NCBI RefSeq assembly: GCF_009834535.1
Contig: NC_045696.1
Span: 107,448,001-107,512,000 of the forward strand
Reading direction: 5' to 3'
Length of the DNA: 64,000 nucleotides
DNA from: Camelus ferus
Lineage: Eukaryota
The notes beneath the pieces are model-generated. The model searched no databases. It saw nothing but the letters and a program-made list of their open reading frames with translations, and was not told where the DNA came from. Position numbers and translations under genes: made by a program. Shown piece by piece: positions 50,051 to 64,000 of this stretch. How positions within the stretch are numbered: the stretch's first letter is position 1; the number at the start of each line of letters is the position of its first letter.

Positions 50051-52789
50051 GCAGAGGCTTTCCTCAAATGTCTGGCATTGACTTCTGTTTGCTTCCTTAA
50101 GAGTGTGGCATTGAATGCAGATTGGATGCTCTGTATGTAGAGGTGGAGTTTGTGTATGTTGTCTGACTTTAACTATTGGTCCTGACATTTGTAAGATTTT
50201 CTCTTTTTCCTTGGAATTTATGAGTTTTGCCTGGACATGCTTATATGTGTCATTTCCCATTGATTCTGGCAACAATTAGATAGGCCATGTTAATGTTCAG
50301 ATTTAAATCTTTCATTGACCAGGTCGATTTCCCTCTAATAACGATCAGTTTAATTGTCTTCTCTTTTTTTCCCCCTCTGAAACGTGTGTACTCATTAGTC
50401 TTAGATATATCTACCAAGTCTCTTACTCTATTCCTCAAGAATTCCATTTCTGTATTTTTATTTTGTGTTGAGAATTTTCCCCTCACTAAACTTCTAAGGC
50501 AATAAATTCATTTCTATAGTGATTATTCTTAAATTTATCCAATATTTAAATTTGAAAAAAAACTGTAACTTCCAGAAAGTCTTTTCTTTTTAAAGCCAGA
50601 AAGGCTTTAAGTCTCCCATCTGTTTCATAGATTCCTGATTTACTTTTTCTTTTCTCCTTCTTGTTGCTGAGTCTTTCAGGCCTGTTATTTTGCTTTGACT
50701 TCTTAAGGCTCTTTTCAATTTGGATGGTCAAGTCCAATTACTAGGATCCCCTCTGTTGGTACAAATTCATGTATAATAGGTGTTGCCGTTGTCTCCATTC
50801 CTGAGTATTACACTAACCAACAGTTCTGTTCATTGGATAGTGCTTTCCCAGCCTTACGAGTAGGAGGCAACTCAGTTTATTTTAATGGTCGCCTCAGTTC
50901 CTCTGAGGCCAAAAATATAAAAACTTTGCATTAAGAGGATTGATATTGAAAATATCATTTTAATTTATCTGTACCATTTCTGTACTGTTTTGTTTAGACA
51001 TCACTATTGTAATAGTCAGCTTCAGACCTAGTTAGGTTATCAGGTTAAATTGAAAAGTATACTTGTTGACAGTACTTTGTACTTCAAGAGCAGAATAATA
51101 CAAAACAAAAGGGAAAAACTAAGATCAGTATCAAGTAGAAGTATGAAATATGCTGTGCATGCAGGCATGGGGCATTGTGTTTTTTTTTTTCTGGAAAATG
51201 ACATTGAAATGATATTACAGTCTGTGATTCCATTCCTAACTCTGGATTAAAAGCTGGCCTGTCGCATGATGGGTCACACCATTTATCTTAACTTAAAAAC
51301 AAATTTCTGTAAGTTTAAGCAATGATATAATTGTGTCAAAGGACAGTGATATAATCAGATTGGCCAGAAGCTGCAGTCAGTTAAAACACAAAAATCAACA
51401 AGAAGGAAAAACAGCTTTTAGAGAACTCTGAAAACTGAGAACATTTTAGCTTATACCTTAGGGTGAAATAACAGCCTTGTTTTATGAAATAATAAAGAAC
51501 TCGCAGTCTACCTATGCAGTTTGTATGTATGTATGTATTTATTTATTTGCATTCACAGAAGACATGTTATATGAAATTGCTAAAGCTGTTAAAAATCATC
51601 TAAATATTAATTTATTATATAGTGATTCTTAGTTGGAAAGAGGGAGGGCCCTTTATTCATTTAAGATTCCTAATTAGGGTGTTTAGTTTACAAAGTAACT
51701 ATCTTGTGATCTGCTTATATTTTTCCAAAGCAAATGAATCTACTCTTCAGCAAAGTATAGAATGCTCTCTGTGACCTTGCCTGCTTAACCAAGTTTCTAT
51801 CAAATGGCCTGCTGAGAGAAGTATATTTATCTAATACAGATTGAAGAATGTGCACTCAGTGTACTGTGTAGATATCTGTATTGAATTGATTATCTTTCTT
51901 TTAGGTTTAGTTTATAAGAAGCTTAAAGGCAGATTTAAAACTCATTTTTAACGACAACATTGACTCTTCTGTCCATATATTTCTATTTCTTCTTATTAGC
52001 CTTGACATTTCTTCTGTGTTCTCTATAGTTTTTCAATTTTTAAAATAGTGTATTTCTAACTACTTCAAATTCTTCTTATACTGTCCTCTATTATAATACG
52101 ATAAAATCATTATTATAGCAAATGTCATGATTTTTGTCATTTGACTGTAGTCTGTGATTCAGGTGCTGGCTTTTTAAGGATCTGTGGCTAAGTTCTCAGA
52201 GATTTTCTTATTAGTAAAGTCTTAAATTTAAACTTTTTAAAATGAATTGAGGGCAAGCCTATCAGTTTCACAGTTTGAATTTTTTCATATCTTTTTCTAT
52301 GCTACTCTGTATGCTTGTGTGTGATATCATTATTTTAACAGTAGAACCATACACATTTCTCTTTTCACTTAATATATCACAAATAACTTTCTGTATCATT
52401 AGTGCTAACATATCAATACAGCTCATTTGTATTAATAGTTACATTTTATTCTACTGTACATATATACCATAATTTAGTGAAACATTCTTTTATAGACATT
52501 AAGATTGCTTTTTTTTTTTTTGGCTCCAGTAAAATATTTTACTACAATATCTACAATATTTACTATACTATTTTTTTGCCCCACTACAGTATCCATGCAG
52601 GTGAGTGTTTTTTTCTGTGTAGGAAGAAGGCGGCATATAGATAGTTATAGCCAGAGGGGCAGATTTTGAAAGAGGTGACTGGCTACTTTGTAGAAATTTA
52701 TTTTTTCTTTTTCATAGTGGAGAAAGTTCTAGGAAGGTACTGGCCAGAACAGACTTTATGTTTCCGCTCCCCTTTTATTTGATATATAT

Positions 52790-54900
52790 GATGTGTATAC
52801 TATTTCTTTTGATGGTATCCCATAATTGTTGTCAGCTTTCTTAATTCCTTGTCATTCTTTATTTTTTTTTTTTTTTCTCATCTGGTTGGATATTTTCAGT
52901 TGATTTGTGTTCTAGCTCACTGATTCTCCCTGCAGCTTGTTCAATTCTGCTGTTGAGATTCTATTTTGAATTCTTTAGTACAGTCATTGTATTCAGTTTC
53001 AAAATTGGTTTGGGTTTTTCTTTTGTCTTCTGTCTCTGTTGAACTTCTTATTTTGTTCTTGTATTTTTTTCCTGATACATTAACTTTTTTATCTGTGTTC
53101 TCTTGTAGATCTCTGATCATCTGTGGGACAGTTGTTTTGAATTCTTTGTTAGGCAATTCCTGGATCTTCATTTCTTTGAGCCAGTTCCTAGAGGCATGCT
53201 GTATCCCTTTGGTGCAGATATTATTTCCCAAATTCATCATAATCCCTATTGCTTTGTTTTCATGTTTGTGCATTTGAAGAAGCGGTTAACCTCTTCCAGA
53301 CTTTATTGACTGAATTTAATAAGGGAAGCCTTTCACCTGTGGATAAGAGCACACAGGATAATGCTGTGACCCTGGGTATAGTGGTACACGGGCATGTGGC
53401 AGCATTGGGTCCCTGGGGGCGTAATGTGTCTTTGGCTCCAGCCACTGGGGTCCACACCACTGACAACTGTGTGATTCTTGACAAGCACTGTGGGAGATCT
53501 GCAGTGGCTACAGGATCTGTTGTGATCCTAAGCAGTGCCTCTGGGTTCAGTGGCTAGGGACCAGGGCAGGCTGTGGTGGGCAGCTGCAGGTGCCTATGTA
53601 GTGGGAGAGGCCAGTTGCAGACGTACTTGTAGGGATGAGGACTAGTGCAGATAGCAAGGGTTGGGACCAACTGTGGACTCATTGGCTGAAGTGGAGTCCC
53701 TGGCCGTCAGTGTCCTCTTCTATGATTGTCCACTCTCCCCGCAGATGACCACACTGCAGTGGAGACTGGTGATGGGGGTTTGTCTGGGGTGTGCCATGCC
53801 CAGCTTAGAACAGCTGAGTACAGGTAGGCATAGGGGTGCTGGTCAGTGACAGGAGGCAGGGCCTGATCTTGGCCTACAAGCAGCAGCTGCAGGGTGCCTT
53901 GGTTATAGGTGCACTTACCTGGCAGCATTGTTGTCTCCCTCCAAACCCACCATGCATGCTCACTACAGTGGAGGGCAGTGGTGGACGTTAGGCTAGTAGT
54001 GCACCATTGGAGTGGCAAGTCCTGAGTATGAGCACAGTGGTGAGGTTCAGTGTGGGTGTATGGGTGGTGGTAAGCTGGTATCTTGCACTTGTGCACCTGC
54101 AGAAGCTGCAAGTGCACAAGTGCAGAATACTAGCCTAACACCTGCAAGTGTGGCTCTCAAGCTCTGGTGGTTGGTGTCTTACACTTGTGCAGCTTCAGAG
54201 AGCTATGTTTATATTCTCTCCCTCCCCACCTCTATTTTATATATGTATTTATGTTATATAAATATTATATATATAAAGAATAGTGCATATAGTGTAGGTC
54301 TGGTATTGGCAGAGGAAGTGTGCAGAAAGGAACTCAGACAGTTGGCATCAGCAAGCACAAATACCTGCAGGGGAAAAGATGTTTAGATCTGTGGGGAATC
54401 CACAGTGACCATGCTGGGCTTTGGCTTCCTTGTTGGTGAAATTTGCTGAGTTTTTCTGAAGAGCAGGTCTCTGTGAACTCTGATCCCTTGGGCTGCTTGT
54501 CTGCTAGTAATAGCTTCTGCTTTTATTCCTTGTTCCTAGCCAGCTTCATACATCTCAGGTTTGCTAGTCTAGAGTGGGGTGAAACCAAAGCAGGACCTTT
54601 GTGCAGTGCACTGTGAGACTGGAGAAGCTGGTCATTAACCTTACACTTCCTTTCTTGGCAAGAGGAACTCTTTATAACGGGGAGGTTCCTTCTTAGCACT
54701 GAACAGTATCATTTTGGGGGATGGGATGATGCAGGCAAAATGAAGTTACCTTCTTTTTCTTCTGATGTGATTATTCTCAGTTTTGATGACCTTAAACCTT
54801 CCTCAGTAGACTCTAGAAGTCTCCTGGAGCTAGTATTGTTCCTGGATAGCTGTCTGGTTGTTGATTTTTGTGGGGCATTGTGTTTTCTGCCTAACTGATG
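52790..54900 (-). mobile_element. L1 5' portion: ORF1 N-terminus and GC-richer 5'UTR-like region
   Basis: ORF 52941..53273 (-) EMKIQELPNKEFKTTVPQMIRDLQENTDK resembles the L1 ORF1p N-terminus; adjacent GC-elevated degenerate repeats at 53300-54700. Confidence 0.7.
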
Positions 54901-54906
54901 GGCAGG

Positions 54907-55045
54907 TTTTTTTTTTTTTTCTCTTTTTTCTTTTCTTTTCTTTTCTTTTCTTTTCTTTTCTTTCTTTTCTTTTCTTTTCTTTCCTTTCTTTTCTTTCCCT
55001 TTCTTTTCTTTCCCTTTCTTTCTTTCTTTCTTCCTTCCTTTCTTT

Positions 55046-55115
<70 letters not shown>
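54907..55115. repeat. Compound polypyrimidine microsatellite T(n)/(TTTTC)n/(CTTT)n
   Basis: Directly visible; ~210 bp of pyrimidines only. Confidence 0.97.
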
Positions 55116-55116
<1 letters not shown>

Positions 55117-57057
55117 ATATGGCATTCCATTATCCACTCGCTTTCATTATTTTTGATGAGAAATGTGCATATTTCTTATCCTTTTGTCTCCTATGTGTAC
55201 TCTGTGGCTGCTTTTAATTTTTTTTATTTGAATATTCCCAGCTATTTAGTTTTGATGTGCCTTCTGTAGTTTTCTGTTTTATCTTCTTCTTATCCCTACC
55301 AAGCCATATTATGACAGGTTGTATTGTCCACCTACCTATGCCCAACTTGGCAATGCCTCTCACGGTCATCAGTTTCTGTCAGTGTAAGAAAGGCTTATCT
55401 CTTGGAGTTTAGTTGTTTAGATTCCTTTTCCCCTATACCTCTCTGATAGCTTTTAACAAGATACAACTTCCAGATGAATAACCAATCATGTCAGTATCAT
55501 TTATTAAATAAACCACCCTTTTCTGTCTAAACCTGAAATATCTCCTCTGTTATAGCTTAAGTTTTAAATATATCTGGATCTATTTCTGTGCTTTCTTGCC
55601 TTAATTACTTTTCTAGTCCTATATTACTTTTAATCTATATTGTTTTCAGTATTTTTATATTGTTTTAGTATTTTTAATGCAAGTCCCTCCTCACTAGTCT
55701 TATTCAGTGTTTCAGGCTCTTCATATATAACTGGTGGGATTATAAATTTGGGAGCTAAAGAAAAATTTTGGTCACCATGTTCAGAGTGCCTTCACAATGC
55801 TGGACCTCATGTAGAAAGGGGGAAATAGTTTCCTCTTCTTCTTTATGCCACACTTCATTACCTGGATCACCAAACATTTCTACTTGTCCTCAGTCTCAAA
55901 GTCACCCTTGACCTGCTTTATCCATTCTTAGTCCTCACCACCATTCCTAGCCAACAGGACCTAAACGTGCTATGCAAAAAAGCTGAACCTTGAACATGTA
56001 TCATGCCATTCTTTCTTTCTTTTTGTCCCCCTCTCCTACCATCATTATATTTTCTTTGTACTTTAAGAACAACACCTCCCAGACACTAATGTGATGAAAC
56101 AGAGAAACAAAGAGTGTTATGTACATCAACAGTTAACAAAAAAGTCATCTCTTTCACAGAGAAGAAGGAAATATGGTTATTACTCAGTAGAGGAGATCAT
56201 TAAAGAAGGGAAAGGGATATGCTCAATCAGAATGGGTTAAAATAAAAAGGCTGATAATACACAGTATTGGTGAGGATGTGGAGGACTCAATATCATTCAT
56301 TGCTGGTGGAAGTGTAATTTAATACACCAATTTTGGAAAATTGTTTGACATTGTGTACTAACACTCAACATACACGGTATTCTGTTTGTTAATAAGTCTG
56401 CTATTGGGTATATATGCAATAGAAAAAATGTTGATGTCAGACAATGTGTTGGAAACAACACTCAAGTGTATCAGTAGTAAAATGGATTATAGAGTGTGTC
56501 ATATTGACAAAATAAAACTGTTGAGTGCAAACAAGGATTACTGATAACACATAATAACATGGCTGAACCTCACTGATTTAGCTTTGACTGAAAGAAATCA
56601 AATACAGCATGATACTATTTATATGAATTTCAGAAACATCAAAAACTGTTAAGGAATAATTTGGGTTGATGTTGGTTGCTGATTGGAAGGGAAATGAGGC
56701 AGCCTGTTCTAGTTCTGGAAATGTTTTTACATTTTCATCTTGGTTATGGTCACACAGGTATATGTATTTATAAACTTTCATCAAGGAGTAACTTAAGATT
56801 TTACTAAGATATAACTTAAAGTATATTTATACCTAAGTAACAAAAATAAAAATGTCTTCAACTTTAAAAATTATTTGCATATATTTTCTGTGCTTGCCCA
56901 GGAAAAACCTCAAATAGTTTTGCCCCTAGTATGCTAAGTGGAATCACATTAAATTTATCTAACAATTTGGAAATACATTACTGATACAACACTAAGCTTT
57001 TTTAAGAAAAGTCAGTATGTGAAACTTATATAGGTTATTTTCTATATCATATATGTT

Positions 57058-57168
57058 TCAAAATTTGTAGATACTGACAGGCATATGCAGAATAAACAAA
57101 CAAGATTATACTATATAGCACAGGGAAATATATACAAGATCTTCTGGTAGCTCACAGCAATAAAAATA
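57058..57168 (+). mobile_element. Short L1 3'UTR fragment
   Basis: tttgtagatactgacaggcatatgcagaataaacaacaagattatactatatagcacagggaaatatata resembles the L1 3'UTR block at 10060-10135. Confidence 0.7.
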
Positions 57169-58028
57169 ATTTTCTTAATTAAAACTTGTACATTACTTGA
57201 ATTTATTCTTAGATAATTTTAGTTGTAAACAGGCTTCTCAATCTGTTTATTTTTCTTCTATATTGTCAATGTTAAAAATTTATTGTGTGCATTTATCTTT
57301 TGTCAGCTATTTGTCAAATTTTTTATTAGTTTTTTGAGTCACTTTAGTAGAAGTTCTTAAATTTTCTTAGCAACTGTAGGAAAGGAGTTGGCTTTACTGC
57401 TATTTTACTAGTTCCTGCATAAACTGAAAACTTAAAACCTGTGTTGAATGGTTAGGGATGCAACTTTGCCTCATTCCTTTTTAGAGCTGAAGTGCGTTAA
57501 GGATTTCAGGAAACAAGTATATTTTTAGTCTTTGTCTTTATGTTGTTTACCAACATATCACAGAACCCTAGTTGATCTAGAAAGTTTTTTTTAAGCTTGA
57601 CTACAGAATTTTATCAGATACTTTTTTGAGAGCTGGTAGTACAGTTATTTATTTTTCTTTACATTGTTGATAAATTGAATTGTTTGATTTCCTAATTCTG
57701 AGACATCCTCGCATTCCTGGAAAAAATGCATTATTGTATATGTGTGTACTCTTTTTATGTACTGCTAGGTTTTGTGATACTTAGAAAGCTTATATTTATG
57801 AATAAGGGCAATTAGTTTTTGTGTTATTTTCACAATATGGTTTGAATATTAGTATCTGTAAGTTGCTTAATAATTATTGGACTTAATAGAATTGGTACAG
57901 TCAGGCTTATATTGTGCTCTATTTTGAACAAATCTAGTAATTCACATTTGAATTGCTTTTCAAAATGAGGGAATCTACTTTTAGTTGGCTACAGAGAGAA
58001 TTTTAGGTAAGTAGTTTTCTTGTTTTAA

Positions 58029-58310
<282 letters not shown>

Positions 58311-59990
58311 TAAAATTATTATTTAAAGCTATTTCCTTTTTTTCCTGGTTTGGTTTTACTCATAAAATAATAGATTCTGAATTTTTTGATATTTTGAAGA
58401 AAATCTGAAATTAATGATTTTATGAATTGGCTTTTTAGATTATAAGCTTTTATAATTAATATTTAGTGATATTATTTTTACCTGTGCTCCATATTGCCAA
58501 CTGTGCTAGTTGCTAACATTCATTATTTTGGATCCTCATGTTACAGATGAAATGCTTGAATCTTAAAAAATTTGTTTGCAGTAACATGAAAATGAGATTT
58601 CTTAAGTTTACAGTTATTTGGAATCCATAGCTAATTTGTTAAAAGTGAAATTTTATTTTCATTATATTAATACATAAATGATAAATGTTTTTCTTCTCTA
58701 GAATAAATCTTAACGGATTAAGTTGTACTGTATGGAGGAAAATCAGTTAGTAAACACCGTTCTTTGCTTTTCAATACAAAAAGAATAGTGATCTTTGATC
58801 GCTGATCAAATTGATTTCTTGAAAGCTTTCTTATTTGCAAACAAGTTATCACTCACCATATTGACATAATAAGTTTACCAGATATTTATATTACCTACAT
58901 TATACTAAGCACTGTTCCAGAGTATACAGATATTACCAAGACAGTCTCTGCCTCAGTAAATATTAGGGTATGTTTAATTTTTAAGGGAAGCTTTATTGCA
59001 AAGAAAAAGAGAGAAATATACTAATAGTTTACTAAGGTGATCAGTGCCGTAAGTGTAATAAAACTGGTTACTATTTAATAACGTGTATGTGCCAAGCTGT
59101 GTGCTTTACACACATTAGCTGATTTAATATTGGTTTAACACTCCCATCAGGCAGATGTGATTTTTATTCTGTAGTTCAGAAAACTGAGAATGCAGGGCTT
59201 ATGTGAATTTTTGGACACCATATAGTTTGTAAGTGCCAAATTCATGATTTTGATTCAGGCTTGTCTCAATCTGTAGTCTATATGTCTAACCACAGGATAC
59301 TGTGGAAATAGCAAGAAGGGGCTTCTGATCCAGCCCAGGCTGTGTGTTTCTGTGTATGTGTGAATGTGGGGATAGTTGTAAGAAAGTGCATCCCAGAGGA
59401 AGAAACTCTGCAGTGGGACTGAAGTTGAGTAAGAGAAAGTTAAGGAAGAGGAGAAAGGCCAAAATTAACAGATTGTGTAAAAATTCCAGAAGACAAGAAA
59501 GTAGAGCACACTCTAAGACATAAATAGAGTTTGTGACCAAATCTTAGAGCATAGAGACAGATAAGGAGTGGCAAGAGATTAGTTTATTTGCAGGAAAGTA
59601 AGTTTGTTAATTTTATAGTCTTAAAATGAGCAAAGCAAGCGCTGAGTGGTATGCTTCACATATGTTACCTCACTTAATCTATATAAATGTCCTGTTGGAT
59701 TGGGTTTTGGTTTTAAAACACCTGGTAGTCTTAAAATTTTTTTTTCCTGTTGTAATTCATTCCTATGGTTCAAAAAACCAAAAAAACAAATTTTTTAAAA
59801 TATAAAACAAATAACCTTTACCACTTCCTGCCTTCCTCTCTATCTCCACAATTAATTGCTCTTAACTACTTTGTTGTATATCCATCTATCTGTCTGTCTA
59901 TGTATGTAAATAGGAAATATATGCTCTTCCTTTCCCCACCCCTCTCACACAAAAGATACTGGTGTATGAAGAGTTTTCTTGATTGATTAA

Positions 59991-60099
59991 TTTCCTTCCT
60001 TCCTTCCTTCCTTCCTTCTTTCCTTCCTTCTTTCCTTCCTTCCTTCCTTCCTTCCCCCCTTTACCCCTCCCTCCCTTCCTCCCTCCCTCCCTTCCTCCC
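59991..60099. repeat. (CCTT)n/(CCCT)n microsatellite
   Basis: Directly visible. Confidence 0.95.
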
Positions 60100-60455
60100 A
60101 TCCTGTTTCCAGCATCATAGCATTCCTCTGTGTGTATGTATAACAATTTACTTACCAAGTCTTCTATTAACAGGCCATTGCATTATTTGTAGTCTTTTGC
60201 TCTTACAAACAGTAATGTAATGAGTAATTTTGTGTATACCTTATTTGCTCTTTGTGGAAGAATGTCTGTAGGTAACTGTATTTGTAATTATATTAGATTC
60301 TGGCTAATTTCCTGCTATAGGAATTGTACCCATTTTTATTCCCATCAGTAGTATATGAGAATGTTTGTTTCTTCTCAGTCTTTTCAAAAACAAAGTGTTT
60401 TTATAAAAATTTTGTATTGGTCTTATGAATAATTTTAAATGATGTGTCAGTACAA

Positions 60456-61610
60456 TTTTTTTAATTGAGGTGAAATTCATGTAAACAATTAACCAGTTTA
60501 AAGTGGGCAGTTCAGTACATTTTAGCACATTCACAATGTTATGCAAGCACTTGTCTCTAGTATCAAAATTTTTTTATCACCCCGGAAAAATACCTAATAT
60601 TCATTAAGTAGTCCTCCATTCCTTTCTTCCTTGCAACCCTTGGCAACCACTAATCTGCTTTCTGCTCCTCTAGATTTGCCTCTTCTAGTCATTATATATA
60701 AAAGGAATTATACAGTATGTGACCTTTTTATGTCTGACTTCTTTCATTTAGCATTATGTCTTCGAGGTTTATTTAAGGAGCATTGTATTGGTATTTATTT
60801 CATTATATGTATATTACAGTTTGTTCATCTGTTCATCTGTTGGTGGACACTTAGGTTGTTATCAACTTTTGGTTATTGTGAGTATTGCTTCTGTGACCAT
60901 TCATGAACAAATACCTATTTCAGTACTTATTTTTTAATTCTTTGATGTAAATACCTAGTAGTAAAATTGCTAGATCATATGGTAATTCTGTTTTAACTTT
61001 TTGAGGAACTGCCAAACTGTTTTCACAGCAACTGTACCATTTGAAATTCCAGAAATGTATGAAAATTCTTATTTCTCCACATCCTCTGAAACACTTATAT
61101 TTTCCAATTTTTAAATTTTAACTATCTTAGTGGGTTTGAAGAGGTATCTTACTGTAGCTTTGATTTGTGTTTTCTTAATCACCAGTGATCTTGATCATCT
61201 TTTCATGTGCTTTTTTGGTGATTTGTATATCTTTTTTGAAGAAATGTGTATTCAAGTCCTGTGCTCATTTTTAAATTAGATGGTTTTTATTTTTGTTTTA
61301 AGTTGTTAGAGTTCTTTATGTATTCTGAATACTAAACCCTTATCTGATAAACAACATGCAACTGTTTATAACCTGCAAATTCTGGCTTCCTACTCTATAG
61401 GTTCTCTTTCTACTTTCCTAAAGATGTCCTTTGAACAAAAGCTTTAAATTTTTATCAAATCCAGGTTACCTATTTTTTTCATTTTTTCCTCATGCTTGTG
61501 GTATCAAGTCTAAGAACCTATTGCCAATTCTAAGAACATAAAGATTTATCTCTGTGTTTTCTTCTAATCATTTTATAGTTTTATATCTTATATTTAGATT
61601 GATGGTTCAT
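60456..61610 (-). mobile_element. L1MB-type 3' end and ORF2 C-terminus
   Basis: ttttttaattgaggtgaaattcatgtaaac...gcacattcacaatgttatgcaa...ggcaaccactaatctgctttctg...tttttgaggaactgccaaactgttt. Confidence 0.82.
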
Positions 61611-63819
61611 GGTCAGTTTTTATATTTGGATGATTTCAATTTGTATTTCTCTTATGAATATGGCTTAAGAGCTGTTTCTATTTTTTTTTCTGTGAATTCT
61701 GTTATTATCACTTGCCACTTTTCCTTTCAACTGTCTTCATAGTCTTGGAAAGGTATTTGACAAAATGGATTTTAAAGCATTTTGATAAAAGAGGCATAGG
61801 TGCATATTTTCTTCATATGGTTAGCAAAGAAAACTGTCTCTCACATCAGTGGGGTATAATAAAGATCCAAAAATAGACCCAAATACCTGTGAAACTGTAG
61901 TAAGCAGGTTTCTAGTAAGCATCAAAACATATAGAAGAAGAGAATTACAAAATATAGTTACACCAAGATACCATTTTCACCTATCAGACTGATAAAAAAT
62001 TAAAAGTTTTAACACTCTTGTTCCTTAGATTGTGAGGGAATAGACACTATTGCATTGTTTGTTGAAATACAAATTGTATGTCTCTCCTGGAAAGAGATTT
62101 GGCAGTATCTACCAGAGCTACATATGTTTTTATCTTTTGACCTAGCCATCCTACTTCTGGAATTTTGCTATGAAGATATACCTCCAGTATTACAAAAATA
62201 AGTGCACAGTGTTATTCAATACAATATTATTTATAGTTGCAAAATACTGGAAACAACCTAAATGCTCAGATATAGGACAGTGATTGAATATACCGTGGTA
62301 TAGTTTATATGATGGAGTTTTTTGGCATTGCAAAGAAGTGTGAGGAAGATCTTTATGGACTGATGCAGGGAGATTTTCAGGATATGTTTTTCAGTGCAAG
62401 GTGCAATAGAGTGCCTGAAAGTGTTCAACTTGTTTTTCAAAGAAAGAAGGGGAAATAATAGAATAAACACATATATTTGTTCATTTGACCAGAAAGAAAC
62501 AAAGGAAAGATAAGCCAGAGAGTAATGATTGGTTGTCTACAGGGTGTGAGTGTATGTAAATGAGATGGAAAGTTTAGAGGGTATTGGGGTGAAAGGATAA
62601 TACTTAATGGAATATACTTTTGTATAGTCTTGGAGTTACCTTCATTTCCCACATACTCACAAAAAAAAAAAAAAAAGGAAAGAAAAATCAGTAAAAATGA
62701 GGTGAAATCCTAAAAGTGGATGCAAACAGAGCAGATGAACCACACCATGCCATATCATAAATAACATAACCACACTGAAGAGTGTAAAAAGTAAAGTAAA
62801 TTTTGAACGCAGTGCTTGGGCTACAAAACTACTGGGGGAAAGTGAAGAACACAATATTTACCTAGTCTCCAATTGTTTCCTTACAAGATAACAAGGTATC
62901 TGTTATGGGTAAAATGGTACTTTACCTGTATAAACTTGGTATACACAACCATAAACATATGATGAAAGCAACATTGCCAGTTATTAAACCAGTTGATAGC
63001 ACATAATTCATGGTATGCACTTAGAAGAACTCAACCTCACACTTACAGTATTCTTGCCAAATTTCAGAGTCTGACTCTACTCATGAAGAAACATCAGACA
63101 ACCTAAAGTAAGATGTGTTCTTCAGGATAACTATCCTGTACTCTTCAATAATGTCAGTGTTGTGAAATACAAAGAAATGGCTCAGGAGCTGTTTCAGACC
63201 AGAGACTAAAGGAAATGAATGCAGTACAGTATATCAGATTTTTCCTTTTGATAGAACATTATTGAGACAAATACTGAAATCAGTTCTGTGGATTAGAACA
63301 TACATATTGTATTGTTAATTTCATCACTCTAATCATTGTGCTATAGTTGTATAAGAGGGTTTTTTTGCTTTTGAGTTTTGTTTTGTTTTGTATTTTTGGT
63401 TTAGGGAAATAAACACAAGAGTAATGAAGAGTGAAAGAAGGCTAAAACAAATATAAAATGTTTACATCGGGAATTTGGTGATGAGTATTCAGTAGTTCCT
63501 TGTCCTTTTTTTTTTTTTTTTAACAACTTTTCTGTTAACTCTAGAAGGTAAAAAAATGAAAGGAAAAGAAAGAAAAAAGCCTTTTAACACCAAAGCCAAC
63601 AGCATGCTCAAGGGAAACTAGTAGAGTCATGTTCACTAAAGTCAAACAAGGCAAGGAGGCCCACTCTCACAACTCTTATTTAGCATTATATTGGCAGTAT
63701 AAAACAACACATTTAGAAAATAAAGTGGATATGACCACTATTTGTGAGCAATATTGAAAGTTTAGAAAGTTCAGAAGTCGTTGCAAAACTAAGAAAAGCA
63801 ATAGGATAATTCTGAAAAA

Positions 63820-64000
63820 GGAAGATCAAAATGGCAGAATAGGAGGATGCCAAGCTCCCCCCGCCCCAAAACACCTCAGAAATACAGTACATGTAGAGCT
63901 ACTTGCTGAGAACAAACTGAAGGCTGGTAGAAAGGATCTTCTAGAACCAAGGTTATAATGAAAGATCCAAATGGAGTTGGGTAGGAAGGGAGGAGAAATG
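63820..64000 (+). mobile_element. Probable 5' start of an L1 element running off the window end
   Basis: gatcaaaatggcagaataggaggatgc resembles the aagatggcgga-type (YY1-site) 5' terminus of L1 5'UTRs. Confidence 0.55.

Noticed and set aside
53300..54700. GC-richer region as a CpG island or alternative promoter
   Set aside because: It is CpG-poor and contiguous with an antisense L1 ORF1 remnant, so best explained as an old L1 5' region.
54709..55269. Four overlapping K/E/R-rich or F/L/S-rich ORFs up to 142 aa
   Set aside because: They are translations of the (CTTT)n microsatellite, which lacks stop codons by composition.

Overview
AT-rich, repeat-dense mammalian genomic DNA, probably from a camelid given two tRNA-Ala-like Vic-1-type SINEs. 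It covers the 5' part of STAG1 (cohesin subunit SA-1) on the + strand. Four exons with canonical AG/GT boundaries (14238-14349 with ATG at 14321, 18335-18437, 30613-30777, 58125-58221) splice in frame into the first 131 aa of STAG1. The rest is intronic and dominated by nested L1, L2/MIR, Tigger/hAT DNA transposons and a decayed ERV-L provirus. The most notable item missing from the ORF track is a heavily decayed, apparently full-length (~1.75 kb) retrocopy of TACSTD2/TROP2 at ~36071-37852, in sense orientation within the intron between exons 4 and 5. Also notable: the ERV-L relic has a tandem-duplicated protease-motif segment and an inverted RT piece, and there is a multi-level transposon nest at 1-7500. 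I found no evidence of an intact novel coding system. All homology calls are from remembered consensus or protein sequences, not database searches.
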